From Geobacteraceae bacterium (GTDB taxonomy: Bacteria > Desulfobacterota > Desulfuromonadia > Geobacterales > Pseudopelobacteraceae), in NCBI GenBank assembly GCA_025355325.1, contig JANXZX010000233.1, positions 8,317 through 40,316 of the forward strand: 32,000 bases of DNA. Reading direction: 5' to 3'. The position numbers and the translations under genes are program-made. This document shows, in pieces, positions 1 to 9,081 of the stretch. Positions within the stretch are counted from its first letter, which is position 1. Each line of letters opens with the position of its first letter. The notes under the pieces are model-generated. The model saw only the letters and a program-made list of their open reading frames with translations, ran no database searches and was not told the DNA's origin.

Positions 1-39
1 CTTTTGAATTTAGAAATGTCCACGGAATTCCGGCCGGCC

Positions 40-2613
40 CTATTCTTCTGACATTCTCTTTGCAATCCAGCAGTCGCGATATATTTCATGACCTTCGGCC
101 TCACCAACGACTACACTTTCCTCAGTCCACACAACGTGCTCCCAAACTTCTTCTAGAGCATTGTTAACAGCCGAATCTAGCGACCAGGAATCTCTTGAGA
201 TTACGTCATTTTGTATTTTATCAAGCCAACGTGGCAATGCTCCTTGCTCTAATTGAAGCACAAAATCATTTACCTCAAATTCATCATCAAATTCATTTTG
301 TATTACTTCATCGTCATCATCATAAACAACATCGCCGTTATGTTGAATAATACAATCCATCTGAGATGCTTTTTGAATAAACTCTTCAAAAGATACTGTT
401 TCATCACCTAATTGACCTATTTCAAGCCCTGAATAGCTTGCGCCAAAATAGGCAAGTAAGCTGCTTTTTTTTCCTGTTAGTTGAGCCTTTGTAATTAATA
501 GTTCTTTTTGTTGCTCTGCCCACGTTTGAATACTAGAAAGTGTCACATCGGGAATTGCTTCTTTACGCGCAAGATCTTTCTGCGGTTTTGATTGTATAAT
601 ACCTGCTACTTCTCCAACAAAACCGGCATGAAGCCCTTTAACCACAGCGACTCCAATTGATGGTTTATTATATATTGATGGTTGCACGGCGCACCGACCT
701 ACTACTCGACCGCTTTCATTCTTAATCTCAGTAAAGTGTGAGTACGACTCAATCTTACCAGCAGATTCGTTTTCAAAACATCCAGGTGCAATTCTACGAA
801 TTACCTCAATCGGGGATAGCGTTAACCAGTCATTTGCTTTTACTGAACATTGGCGTACCTTCTCTCTTGTGTTAACATGAAAATCAATGTCTAGTGCCGG
901 AACGAGTCGACTACAAGCTTGGCTAAATGTTATTTTAACTGGATCGCGCCGCCAACTACCTGAATCAAAACTACAAAGAGTTTTCAATATATCTGGTGAA
1001 ATCAATACAGAAACTCGCGTGCCATGCCTTTTTAGTTTTTCTTTATCATTGGGTGTACGTAATACTGGCCGATTATTAATTCCGCAGGTAAATTCTAAGA
1101 GTAATTGCAACTCTTCACCCTTCTTTGGAACATAACGATTAGTAACAACCTGAACTTGTTCCCCCAACATGAACACAGAAAAGAACCCGATACCAAATTG
1201 CCCTATAGCTTCAAAATCTGATGCAGAAAGACCACTCCATTCGCCACGCAAGTCGGCGCTACGCCACAGAGAACGACCAAAATCAAGAAGTACCTCCGTC
1301 ATAACATACCGACTCATACCAATACCAGTATCGGTCACATGTAACCAAAACCCTTCAGGAACCTCATCTAATGCGACCTCAATTTCTCCTTCTGTCGCAC
1401 CTAGACCACCTAATGATCGGCAGGCGTGAACGGCATCCACAGCGTTTTGCAGTAATTCCCTGAGTGCAGCAGAAGGATCTTCACCATAGAGTTTTACTCC
1501 ACCAAACCTTTCTACAAGGTCTTTAATGTCTGTGACTTTGATGCTCGTATCAACAGGATACCATTCATGTGACGGCACATGCCTGGCAAAGGCTTCAGTT
1601 GAATGAGAGCCAGCAACGGATCGAGCGGAAAGACGTTGGCGGTTGTTATCCCGAAGTAACATGTCGGCAGACACAAGCTCTTTGTTTGCCAAGCAGCATG
1701 AGTCAAAGGCAAGCCACCAGGCAGACAACTCGCCATGAGGAAAAGGGCTACTTGTATAGAGCAATTCGTTTCGCGAAGTATCACGCTTGGGTTGATGAAG
1801 TCTTGCCTGAAATGACCAATGCTCTTTAGAAATACCTTGCGGATGTCTCATCAGCATCATCAGGCGCGGCGCTCGCATTGCATCAATATGGGCAGCATCA
1901 GCGGTTCGAAGTAATACTGCGATCTTGAGCATATCAACCGGCCAATTTGCCGGAGTGAGGCAGACTGGAGCAGTTATTACTTGATGGGCAAAGGACTCAA
2001 GTTCGTGAGGATACCACCAGTGACTCTCGGCAATGACACCGATAAAATGCCCGTAAGCATCGCGAATCTCGTCGTGCGGTAGCAAGTAAATACTGGTTTC
2101 ATCTGTTTCAGAAGACCATTTTGCAAAAGGAAGTTCTTTGGCTTGTTTTGGGTGGAGAACACGCAAAGTATCGAAAAGAACTGACTGAAACAGTTCTGTT
2201 CCATTTGTAAGAGCATCCAGAGCCAGACCTCTTTGTGCAGCTACATCTTGCCATTCGGTTGTTTCCTGTATTTGCTTCAAACCGCCTGGGAAAGCAGCAC
2301 GACAGTGCGCGGCATCATGGAGGAGAAATGCTCCACCAAGGACAAATGCCTCAGCTGGATTCAGATCATAGTCTGGACCTGCTATCTCGGAAGCAATTCT
2401 CCAAAGCGAGTCCACATGTGTTATGTCATGGAGCGTGAGTGACGGAAGTTCTTGCTGAATTTGCTGGAGAAGTAGAGTTACCCGCTGACGGAAATGTTTA
2501 TACGCCTCAGTGAGCAAGGAACGTGCTTCGTCAAATCCATCCTTTCTTAAATGAAAGGCATTACCCCAGAGACTAGTTTTTTCATAATCTTCCATACCTT
2601 TCAGACTCTCCAA
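40..2613 (-). CDS. HD-domain + Hsp90-like GHKL ATPase fusion protein, function unknown (candidate conflict/defence protein)
   Basis: 857-aa uninterrupted ORF (TTG at 2613; first ATG at 2595). Residues ~60-245 carry HD-type His/Asp motifs (LHDITH, FLLHDAAH, RTADAAHID). Residues 385-479 carry the Bergerat-fold boxes RELLQNAVDA (N box), DTGIGM (G1) and GQFGIGFFS (G2), close to Hsp90/HtpG IGQFGVGFYS. The C-terminal ~370 aa is unrecognised and has an acidic tail. Clearly more AT-rich than neighbouring genes. Confidence 0.8.
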   Translation of the reverse strand: MESLKGMEDYEKTSLWGNAFHLRKDGFDEARSLLTEAYKHFRQRVTLLLQQIQQELPSLTLHDITHVDSLWRIASEIAGPDYDLNPAEAFVLGGAFLLHDAAHCRAAFPGGLKQIQETTEWQDVAAQRGLALDALTNGTELFQSVLFDTLRVLHPKQAKELPFAKWSSETDETSIYLLPHDEIRDAYGHFIGVIAESHWWYPHELESFAHQVITAPVCLTPANWPVDMLKIAVLLRTADAAHIDAMRAPRLMMLMRHPQGISKEHWSFQARLHQPKRDTSRNELLYTSSPFPHGELSAWWLAFDSCCLANKELVSADMLLRDNNRQRLSARSVAGSHSTEAFARHVPSHEWYPVDTSIKVTDIKDLVERFGGVKLYGEDPSAALRELLQNAVDAVHACRSLGGLGATEGEIEVALDEVPEGFWLHVTDTGIGMSRYVMTEVLLDFGRSLWRSADLRGEWSGLSASDFEAIGQFGIGFFSVFMLGEQVQVVTNRYVPKKGEELQLLLEFTCGINNRPVLRTPNDKEKLKRHGTRVSVLISPDILKTLCSFDSGSWRRDPVKITFSQACSRLVPALDIDFHVNTREKVRQCSVKANDWLTLSPIEVIRRIAPGCFENESAGKIESYSHFTEIKNESGRVVGRCAVQPSIYNKPSIGVAVVKGLHAGFVGEVAGIIQSKPQKDLARKEAIPDVTLSSIQTWAEQQKELLITKAQLTGKKSSLLAYFGASYSGLEIGQLGDETVSFEEFIQKASQMDCIIQHNGDVVYDDDDEVIQNEFDDEFEVNDFVLQLEQGALPRWLDKIQNDVISRDSWSLDSAVNNALEEVWEHVVWTEESVVVGEAEGHEIYRDCWIAKRMSEE

Positions 2614-2657
2614 TATTCAAAAATTAATCAAGCCCATGTTTAATTATGAGACTATAG

Positions 2658-2694
2658 CAAAGACAAAAGAGGGCGCCATAAAAGGCGCCCTCTT
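2658..2694 (-). terminator. Rho-independent terminator downstream of dapL
   Basis: Perfect 11-bp stem AAGAGGGCGCC / GGCGCCCTCTT (2667-2677 and 2684-2694) with a 6-nt loop. On the minus strand it is followed by TTTTGTCTTTG. It begins 2 nt after the dapL stop codon. Confidence 0.75.
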
Positions 2695-2696
2695 CA

Positions 2697-3929
2697 CTAC
2701 TTCAAATTTTTCTTTATCCTCTCCACCGCTTCAATCACATTCTCACGATGGCCGAAGGCCGACAACCTGAAGTATCCCTCGCCGCTCGGGCCGAAACCGG
2801 AACCAGGCGTCCCGACTACGTTGCATTCATTGAGCAGCTTGTCGAAAAACTCCCAACTGGTCAACCCACCCGGCGTTTTCAGCCAGATGTATGGAGCATC
2901 CACACCGCCGAAGATCGTTACGCCTGCTTCTTTCAACCCTTCACGGATGATGCGGGCATTCTCCATGTAGTAGTCGATGATCTCTTTGGTCTGTTTCCAC
3001 CCTTCTTCACTGTACACCGCAGCAGCGGCGCGCTGGACCGGGTAGGAGGCGCCGTTGAACTTGGTGGTGGTGCGGCGCAGCCAGAGCTTGTTGAAACTGT
3101 ACTTTTCACCCGTGCTGGTGGTGCCCATCACCTCTTCCGGCACAACCACCAGGCCGCAGCGGACGCCGGTGAAGCCGGCTGTTTTGGAGAATGAGCGGAA
3201 TTCGATGGCGCACTTCTTGGCACCTTCGATCTCGTAAATGGAATGAGGAATATCAGGATTGGTGATGAACGCTTCGTATGCCGCGTCGAAGAAGATCACG
3301 GCGTCGTTGGCGTTGGCGTAATCGACCCATTTCTTCAGTTCTGCCTTGCTGGCCACGGTGCCGGTCGGGTTGTTCGGGAAGCAGAGATAGATGATGTCCA
3401 CTTTCTGGGTCGGCAGGGCCGGGATGAAGTTGTTGGCCTCGTTGCACGGCATGTAAACGATGTTCTCGTAATAGCCCTTGTCATTGGCTTCGCCGGTGCG
3501 ACCGATCATGACGTTGGTGTCGTTGTACACCGGATAAACCGGATCGCCGATGGCAACCACGTTGTCCAGGGCAAAGATATCGAGGATGTTAGCGCAGTCG
3601 CATTTGGAACCGTCAGAGATGAACATTTCTTCGGTCTTGAGGCTGACGCCCAGCGGCTTATAGGATTTCTCGATGATGGCGTTGATTAGCCAGTCATAGC
3701 CCTGCTCCGGACCGTATCCGGCAAACTGGTCGGTGGTGGCCAGATCGTCCACGGCGTCGTGGAAGGCTTTCAGAACAGCCGGGGCCAACGGACGGGTAAC
3801 ATCGCCGATGCCGAGACGAATGACTTTGGCAGCCGGGTTGGCTTCGGCGAAAGCGCGCACGCGGCGGCCGATTTCAGGGAACAAGTATCCAGCTTTGAGT
3901 TTCAGGTAGTTGTCGTTGATTTTTGCCAC
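2697..3929 (-). CDS. dapL: LL-diaminopimelate aminotransferase
   Basis: 410 aa. The N-terminus [20 protein letters not shown] and overall sequence are recognisable as DapL-type class I aminotransferase. PLP-lysine motif [11 protein letters not shown]. Clustered with dapA and dapB. Confidence 0.93.
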   Translation of the reverse strand: MAKINDNYLKLKAGYLFPEIGRRVRAFAEANPAAKVIRLGIGDVTRPLAPAVLKAFHDAVDDLATTDQFAGYGPEQGYDWLINAIIEKSYKPLGVSLKTEEMFISDGSKCDCANILDIFALDNVVAIGDPVYPVYNDTNVMIGRTGEANDKGYYENIVYMPCNEANNFIPALPTQKVDIIYLCFPNNPTGTVASKAELKKWVDYANANDAVIFFDAAYEAFITNPDIPHSIYEIEGAKKCAIEFRSFSKTAGFTGVRCGLVVVPEEVMGTTSTGEKYSFNKLWLRRTTTKFNGASYPVQRAAAAVYSEEGWKQTKEIIDYYMENARIIREGLKEAGVTIFGGVDAPYIWLKTPGGLTSWEFFDKLLNECNVVGTPGSGFGPSGEGYFRLSAFGHRENVIEAVERIKKNLK

Positions 3930-3963
3930 TGAGCTATTCTCCTTCTGGTGTTAGTTATTAGAT

Positions 3964-4353
3964 TCAGATTTTACTCAAAATCAATGTTTGTATTTCCAGC
4001 GCCACATCAAACGCGTGACGGGCTTCGTCGAGCGTCGGTTCGAAGCAGTCATCCGGGTAACGGACACCCACGCCGTATTCAGAAATATCCTCCAACTGTT
4101 CCTCGTATGGCAGCAGTTCCGGAACTATACCGGCCACATCAGTTAACAGCTTTACAAGATCGTGGGTTTTGGAGATATGTACGGCGTTGGCAACCAGAAC
4201 GCCTTTAAGCAGCTTCTCAATAGCCTGCTGAGCGTGGAAACAGACAGTATCGGTGGGAATGATTTCGGCATTCAGATTATTGCGAATATTCTGCAGATCG
4301 TGTTCAGCCTTGCGGAACCACTGTTGCACAATCTCTGCCGTTGCATCATCCAT
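3964..4353 (-). CDS. HEPN-domain protein, putative toxin of an MNT-HEPN (type VII-like) toxin-antitoxin pair
   Basis: 129 aa from the ATG at 4353. The track ORF extends to 4446, but that part overlaps the MNT gene. All-helical sequence with KTHDL and GVRYPDD motifs typical of small HEPN proteins. Its start overlaps the MNT stop by 8 nt. Confidence 0.7.
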   Translation of the reverse strand: MDDATAEIVQQWFRKAEHDLQNIRNNLNAEIIPTDTVCFHAQQAIEKLLKGVLVANAVHISKTHDLVKLLTDVAGIVPELLPYEEQLEDISEYGVGVRYPDDCFEPTLDEARHAFDVALEIQTLILSKI

Positions 4354-4660
4354 GCAGCAACCTGCCGTTGTGGGCAGCATCATACACGATGGTGCCGGGG
4401 ATATCACGATAACGGGCAAATTCCTGCGGGGTATAAACAAATGCATCCAGGGAGAACGAACGCAGGGGGAAAAGTCGCTTTACCGCGACATTCCGCTGGT
4501 GGGGAGTCAACTCTGAGTCCATGACAACAACCAGATCAACATCACTCTCATCGGTGGCTTTCCCATGCGCATATGAGCCAAACAGATATATCTTTTCCGG
4601 ATGCATGGTCTGAGCAATGCGTTCCTTCAATTGATCTATGTCACATGCCGAAAGAATCAA
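4346..4660 (-). CDS. Minimal nucleotidyltransferase (MNT), putative antitoxin partner of the HEPN protein
   Basis: 104 aa with the pol-beta-type signature LFGSYAHGKATDESDVDLVVV (G-S ... D-x-D). Lies immediately upstream of the HEPN gene and overlaps it. Confidence 0.8.
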   Translation of the reverse strand: MILSACDIDQLKERIAQTMHPEKIYLFGSYAHGKATDESDVDLVVVMDSELTPHQRNVAVKRLFPLRSFSLDAFVYTPQEFARYRDIPGTIVYDAAHNGRLLHG

Positions 4661-4681
4661 TTCCGACTCCTGATCAAAAGC

Positions 4682-5485
4682 TTATTTCAGCCCCAACACA
4701 TCCTGCATATCGTACAGCCCTGGCGTCTTGCCAACAACCCACTTGGCCGCACGAACGCTGCCGCGCGAGAACATGTCGCGGGTCATGGCACGGTGGGAAA
4801 TTTCGATGCGCTCACCCATGCCGATGAAATAAACCGTGTGTTCACCGACGATATCCCCACCACGAACGGTCTGCATGCCGATCTCTTCTTTCGTCCGTTC
4901 GCCGCAGATGCCTTCGCGGTGATAATTGGCGACCTTGTTGTAGTCACGCCCAAGCGCTTCGGCAACGACTTCCCCCATCCGCACTGCGGTTCCTGACGGT
5001 GAGTCTTTTTTCTTGTTATGGTGCAGTTCAACAATTTCCACATCGAAATCATCGCCCAGAGTTTTGGCGACATCTTTCAAAACCTTGAAACAGACATTGA
5101 CGCCGACCGACATATTCGGCGCCAGTACTGCCGGGATATCCTTGGTTAATTCAGAAGCAAAGGCACGTTCCTCGGGGGTAAAACCGGTAGAACCGATCAC
5201 GATCGATTTCTTGAGCAGGGCGCATACTTCCAGATTCTTCAGCGACACCTTCGGCGTTGTAAAATCAATGAGAACATCGCACCCCGCAACGACGGCATTC
5301 AGGTTGTCGGTAATAAGAACATCCTGTTTGCCGCAGCCGGCAAGAAGGGCTGCATCCTGACCGATGGCCGGGTGGCCGGGACGTTCGAGAGCTCCGCTGA
5401 ATTCAACTCCTTCAGCTTCAATAATGGAGGTAATGATGCGCTGTCCCATTCGTCCCGCAGCGCCGCATACGGCTATCTTAATCAT
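4682..5485 (-). CDS. dapB: 4-hydroxy-tetrahydrodipicolinate reductase
   Basis: ATG at 5485 (MIKIAVCGAAGRMGQ, dinucleotide-binding GxxGxxG) preceded by AAGGGG. DapB signature ELHHNKKKDSPSGTA. The track ORF start at 5527 is probably an upstream extension. Confidence 0.93.
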   Translation of the reverse strand: MIKIAVCGAAGRMGQRIITSIIEAEGVEFSGALERPGHPAIGQDAALLAGCGKQDVLITDNLNAVVAGCDVLIDFTTPKVSLKNLEVCALLKKSIVIGSTGFTPEERAFASELTKDIPAVLAPNMSVGVNVCFKVLKDVAKTLGDDFDVEIVELHHNKKKDSPSGTAVRMGEVVAEALGRDYNKVANYHREGICGERTKEEIGMQTVRGGDIVGEHTVYFIGMGERIEISHRAMTRDMFSRGSVRAAKWVVGKTPGLYDMQDVLGLK

Positions 5486-5502
5486 TGTATAACCCCTTGA
5501 TT

Positions 5503-5587
5503 CACCGCGAAGACACGAAGGACGCAAAGAAAATCTAAAAAAATATTCTCTTCAGCTTTCCTTCGTGAACTTCGTGCCTTCGTGGTG
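5503..5587. repeat. Cluster of five CACGAAG/CTTCGTG heptamer copies forming a long-range inverted repeat in the dapA-dapB spacer
   Basis: Plus strand: CACCGCGAAGACACGAAGGA (5503-5522) faces TCCTTCGTGAACTTCGTGCCTTCGTGGTG (5559-5587). A 9-bp perfect inner stem (CACGAAGGA/TCCTTCGTG) and a 10-bp outer stem with one mismatch are possible. Confidence 0.6.
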
Positions 5588-5595
5588 GATGCAAA

Positions 5596-6468
5596 TTAAA
5601 TCAGTTTATATTCCTTCATAATCGCTGTCAGCTTTGTCTTATTCGCAGCGCTCATTTCGCAGAGCGGCAGACGAACTTCGTCCGAACACTTGCCCATCAG
5701 ACCAAGAGCAGTCTTGACCGGAATCGGGTTGCTTTCGATGAACATGGCATTGCCGATTTTCAGGGTGTCCAGATGCAGCTGACGTGCCTTGGCCATATCG
5801 CCGGCAAAGAAAGCGTCAGTCAGGTCGCCGACAGTCTTTGGCATGATGTTGGCCAGCACCGATATGACACCTACAGCGCCGCAGGCCATCATCGGGAAGG
5901 TGATGAAATCGTCGCCGGAGAAGACGTCGATCTGGTTGCCGCAGAGTGCCATGACTTCCGACGCCTGCTGCAGGGAACCGGTGGCCTCTTTGATGGCAAC
6001 GATGTTCTTGTGCGGCGCAAGGCGGGCAACCGTTTCAGGGAGCAGGTTGACGCCGGTGCGGCCCGGAACGTTGTAAAGGATCTGCGGGATATCGACCGCA
6101 TCGGCAATGGCGGTGTAGTGGCGATAGAGTCCTTCCTGAGTCGGCTTGTTGTAGTAGGGTGTTACCAGCAGCACGCCGGCTACACCCAGCTCTTTTGCCT
6201 CGCGGGTAAGATTGATGGCTTCGGCTGTGGAGTTGGATCCGGTGCCGGCTATGACCGGAACTCGCCCTTTAGCCTGCTCAAAGACGATCCGGATGACGTT
6301 CAGATGCTCTTCGTTATCCAGAGTGGACGACTCGCCGGTGGTGCCGCAGGCAACGATGGCATCTGTGCCGTTCTCGATCTGGAAATCAACCAGTTCACGC
6401 AGCTTCTGCTCGTCAACCGCGCCGTTTTTAAATGGCGTCACTATTGCTACAATGCTTCCCTTGAACAT
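5596..6468 (-). CDS. dapA: 4-hydroxy-tetrahydrodipicolinate synthase
   Basis: 290 aa. Motifs GTTGES and IVAIKEATGS (catalytic Lys region). Recognisable full-length DapA. Confidence 0.95.
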   Translation of the reverse strand: MFKGSIVAIVTPFKNGAVDEQKLRELVDFQIENGTDAIVACGTTGESSTLDNEEHLNVIRIVFEQAKGRVPVIAGTGSNSTAEAINLTREAKELGVAGVLLVTPYYNKPTQEGLYRHYTAIADAVDIPQILYNVPGRTGVNLLPETVARLAPHKNIVAIKEATGSLQQASEVMALCGNQIDVFSGDDFITFPMMACGAVGVISVLANIMPKTVGDLTDAFFAGDMAKARQLHLDTLKIGNAMFIESNPIPVKTALGLMGKCSDEVRLPLCEMSAANKTKLTAIMKEYKLI

Positions 6469-6684
6469 AATACGAATACCTCCTGGTTGAATTTACAGAA
6501 AAACGGCGATGTTTTCGCTTTATACTGTTTTTTTGTGGGCCGGAAACCGGCACAAAATTATGAAAAAGTGGATATTCATAGCACAGGAGGCGGCGGAAAG
6601 TCAAAAAATAAGATGAAAATCGGGCGGATACGGTGCCTGGATAGCCGTCATCCGGGAGTGCTTCTCATACCGGATTTCACGCCG

Positions 6685-7695
6685 TCATTTCGGCGGATCG
6701 GCGATTGAGACGCCGTTGCGTCCTGCTGCCTTGGCACGGTACAGAGCCGCGTCGGCCCGCTTGAGCAGTGTTTCCTCCGTATCCATTTCGTTCGCCTCGG
6801 CAACCCCGATTGAAAGCGTCATCGTGAGCGCGGCATCATCAAGAAGAAACCGGCTTCCCCGAACCTCTTCGCACAGCTTCCAGGCAACTTCCGTAGCTGT
6901 TGCAATATCGGTTTTGATAAGGATAATGGCATATTCATCGCCGCCGAAGCGGGAGAGAAAGTCGGTTCCCCGGAGAGTAGCCTTGATCTTCTGCGCGACC
7001 CCTTTCAATAACCGATCACCGGCAGGATGTCCGTGGGTATCATTGATTGCCTTAAAATAGTCGAGATCTACCATCAATAGCGAGAACGGGTCGCTATATC
7101 GCTTATGCAGTACAATCATCTCATTCAGCTTCTCATCAAAAGCGGTCCGGTTTGCAAGTTGCGTCAGGCCGTCAATTCGTACTTCCGTACGCAGGGCATC
7201 AATCTGTCGGCGTTGTTCGGTCAATACTTCATGAGTCTTGGCCAGTTCATCCTTCAGAGCGGAGTTGCTTGATATGACGAAGTCAATTTCCTTCAGTAAG
7301 CTGGAGTGAGCATCGCGCAGGTCTGTCGGCGGCTGCAAGGCAAGTATGGCGCTTTTTACGTCGCCAAGCACAAGAGATGAATTGCTGGCCGCCTTATCGG
7401 TACGCTGAACATGGGCCGTCAGAATAAGCAGGATATTTCTGACTGTTTGTGTGGAATCGTACAGATTCTGCTCCCGTGGATCAATCGTGGCCGGCTGAGC
7501 CACACCGGCGCCTTCATGTTCCGCTTTACCATTCGCCTCCTGACGCGCAGACAGGGATATCGCAGAAAAAAGGCGCTTAAGCCCGCTGAAAATGTCAAGA
7601 TCCTCACCCGAGCTGAATTTTCTGGCGATGACAAGAACAATCATCCCGGCGACAAGACCTGAGCCAAACACAGTAATAAAGGTTGAAATATTCAC
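6685..7695 (-). CDS. Membrane-anchored diguanylate cyclase (GGDEF domain)
   Basis: 336 aa. N-terminal TM helix (FITVFGSGLVAGMIVLVIA), then a coiled-coil-like linker. GGDEF domain with active-site variant RFGGDEYAI and an RxxD I-site (RGTD) five residues upstream. Confidence 0.85.
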   Translation of the reverse strand: MNISTFITVFGSGLVAGMIVLVIARKFSSGEDLDIFSGLKRLFSAISLSARQEANGKAEHEGAGVAQPATIDPREQNLYDSTQTVRNILLILTAHVQRTDKAASNSSLVLGDVKSAILALQPPTDLRDAHSSLLKEIDFVISSNSALKDELAKTHEVLTEQRRQIDALRTEVRIDGLTQLANRTAFDEKLNEMIVLHKRYSDPFSLLMVDLDYFKAINDTHGHPAGDRLLKGVAQKIKATLRGTDFLSRFGGDEYAIILIKTDIATATEVAWKLCEEVRGSRFLLDDAALTMTLSIGVAEANEMDTEETLLKRADAALYRAKAAGRNGVSIADPPK

Positions 7696-7818
7696 GAATG
7701 CCCCTCACGACTACACAAATACGAGTAAGGCATTGTAATCGTTCTTGCCAGAGTTTCAAGAACTTTGTACAACACTGTATTCATTAATTTTACTGAGTTT
7801 AATACAGGGGAGGAGCCC

Positions 7819-8388
7819 ATGCCCGAAAATACGTTCCGCTGTCCGTGGTGCGGCAGTGATCCGCTCTACATGGCCTATCATGATGAAGAATGGGGGGTGC
7901 CGCTCCACAACGACATCCGGTTATTCGAAATGCTGACGCTGGAAGGGGCTCAGGCAGGGCTCTCCTGGCTTACCATTTTACGGAAGCGGGAGGGGTACCG
8001 GCGCGCATTTGCCGGATTTGATCCCCGGAAAGTTGCTGCGTTCACTGATGACGATTACGCGCGATTACTGCTTGATCCCGGCATTGTCCGCAACCGGCTC
8101 AAAATTGCCTCCACAATCACCAATGCCCGTGTGGTTCTGGAAATTCAGAGCCGATACGGCAGTCTCGATACGTACCTGTGGAGTTTTGTGAACGGAGTGC
8201 CTGTGCGCAACAGTTGGCAATCAATGAGCGATATCCCTGCCAGCACGGCGCTTTCAGACGCAATGAGCAAGGAGCTGAAACGACTTGGATTCCGTTTCGT
8301 AGGTTCAACAATCTGCTATGCCTTCATGCAGGCGACCGGAATGGTGAATGATCACCTTACTGGATGTTTCTGTTATGACGCATGCTAA
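7819..8388 (+). CDS. tag: DNA-3-methyladenine glycosylase I
   Basis: ATG at 7819 preceded by GGGGAGGAG. N-terminus MPENTFRCPWCGSDPLYMAYHDEEWGVP is the Tag zinc-snap and EWG signature. The track ORF start at 7765 is likely an extension. Confidence 0.9.
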   Translation: MPENTFRCPWCGSDPLYMAYHDEEWGVPLHNDIRLFEMLTLEGAQAGLSWLTILRKREGYRRAFAGFDPRKVAAFTDDDYARLLLDPGIVRNRLKIASTITNARVVLEIQSRYGSLDTYLWSFVNGVPVRNSWQSMSDIPASTALSDAMSKELKRLGFRFVGSTICYAFMQATGMVNDHLTGCFCYDAC

Positions 8389-8453
8389 TGAAAATACCTC
8401 CCGTCGCTCCTCAAGATATGCTATAGTCAACCAATTTTACTAAAGGATGGTTT

Positions 8454-9080
8454 ATGCTGATCCCAAACACCTCCCCCACCTTTCTCCCCTGGGAGGAGTC
8501 TGATCCCGCTCCGGCATGGAGCGAAATATTCGGTAACGATAACGCCCTGGCACTGGAAATCGGCTGTGGCGTTGGAGATTTTGTCGTACAGATGGCTGTT
8601 CTGCACCCGGAGCTGAACTTTATTGCCCTCGATTTCTACAACAAGGGATGCATAAAAACCTGCAAACGTATCGACACGGCCGGACTGACCAATATTCGGG
8701 TTTTGCGGGCCGAAGCGCGCAGTTTCATTGATGCCTGCATACCGGATGCATCGTTGAAGATGGTGGTCATAAACTGCCCCGATCCGTGGCCCAAATTGCG
8801 CCACCGGAAAAGACGCCTGGTCAATACCGGGTTTGTCTCGTACTTGTCCCGTTTCATGCGGCCGGGAGCTGATTTCTATTTTGCAACCGATTTTGTTGAC
8901 TACGGTCTGGATGTTGCGGAATTCATGTCTGTCCAGCCGGAATTTGACAATCAACTTGCTCCTGACACATTTCGTCATATACTGGAAGGGTATCCGGTTT
9001 CAAAATATATGCGAAGGTTTCTGGATTTGGGGCAGCCGATTTATCACGTTCATTACCGGAGAGGCCAGGTTGGGGGATAG
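8454..9080 (+). CDS. trmB: tRNA (guanine-N7)-methyltransferase
   Basis: 208 aa. SAM-binding LEIGCGVGDF. Downstream motifs INCPDPWPK and RHRKRRL are typical of TrmB. Confidence 0.88.
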   Translation: MLIPNTSPTFLPWEESDPAPAWSEIFGNDNALALEIGCGVGDFVVQMAVLHPELNFIALDFYNKGCIKTCKRIDTAGLTNIRVLRAEARSFIDACIPDASLKMVVINCPDPWPKLRHRKRRLVNTGFVSYLSRFMRPGADFYFATDFVDYGLDVAEFMSVQPEFDNQLAPDTFRHILEGYPVSKYMRRFLDLGQPIYHVHYRRGQVGG

Positions 9081-9081
9081 T

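Noticed and set aside
1-39. Palindromes CGGAATTCCG and GGCCGGCC just downstream of the HD-GHKL gene stop
   Set aside because: They are short, lack a U-tract, and are cut by the window edge. There is too little context to call a terminator or an att site.
6469-6684. Possible lysine riboswitch (L-box) upstream of dapA
   Set aside because: The minus-strand leader shows only a plausible promoter (TTGACT, 18 nt, TATGAA) and small hairpins. I could not find the conserved L-box helices or core sequences, and much of the spacer is the terminator region of the upstream GGDEF gene.
5773-6708. 311-aa plus-strand ORF
   Set aside because: It lies antisense to the unmistakable dapA gene and runs into the intergenic region. 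It has no recognisable motifs and an Arg/Gly/Ala-rich composition typical of shadow ORFs in GC-rich coding DNA.
8427-8978. 183-aa minus-strand ORF
   Set aside because: Fully antisense to trmB, whose SAM-binding and TrmB motifs are clear.
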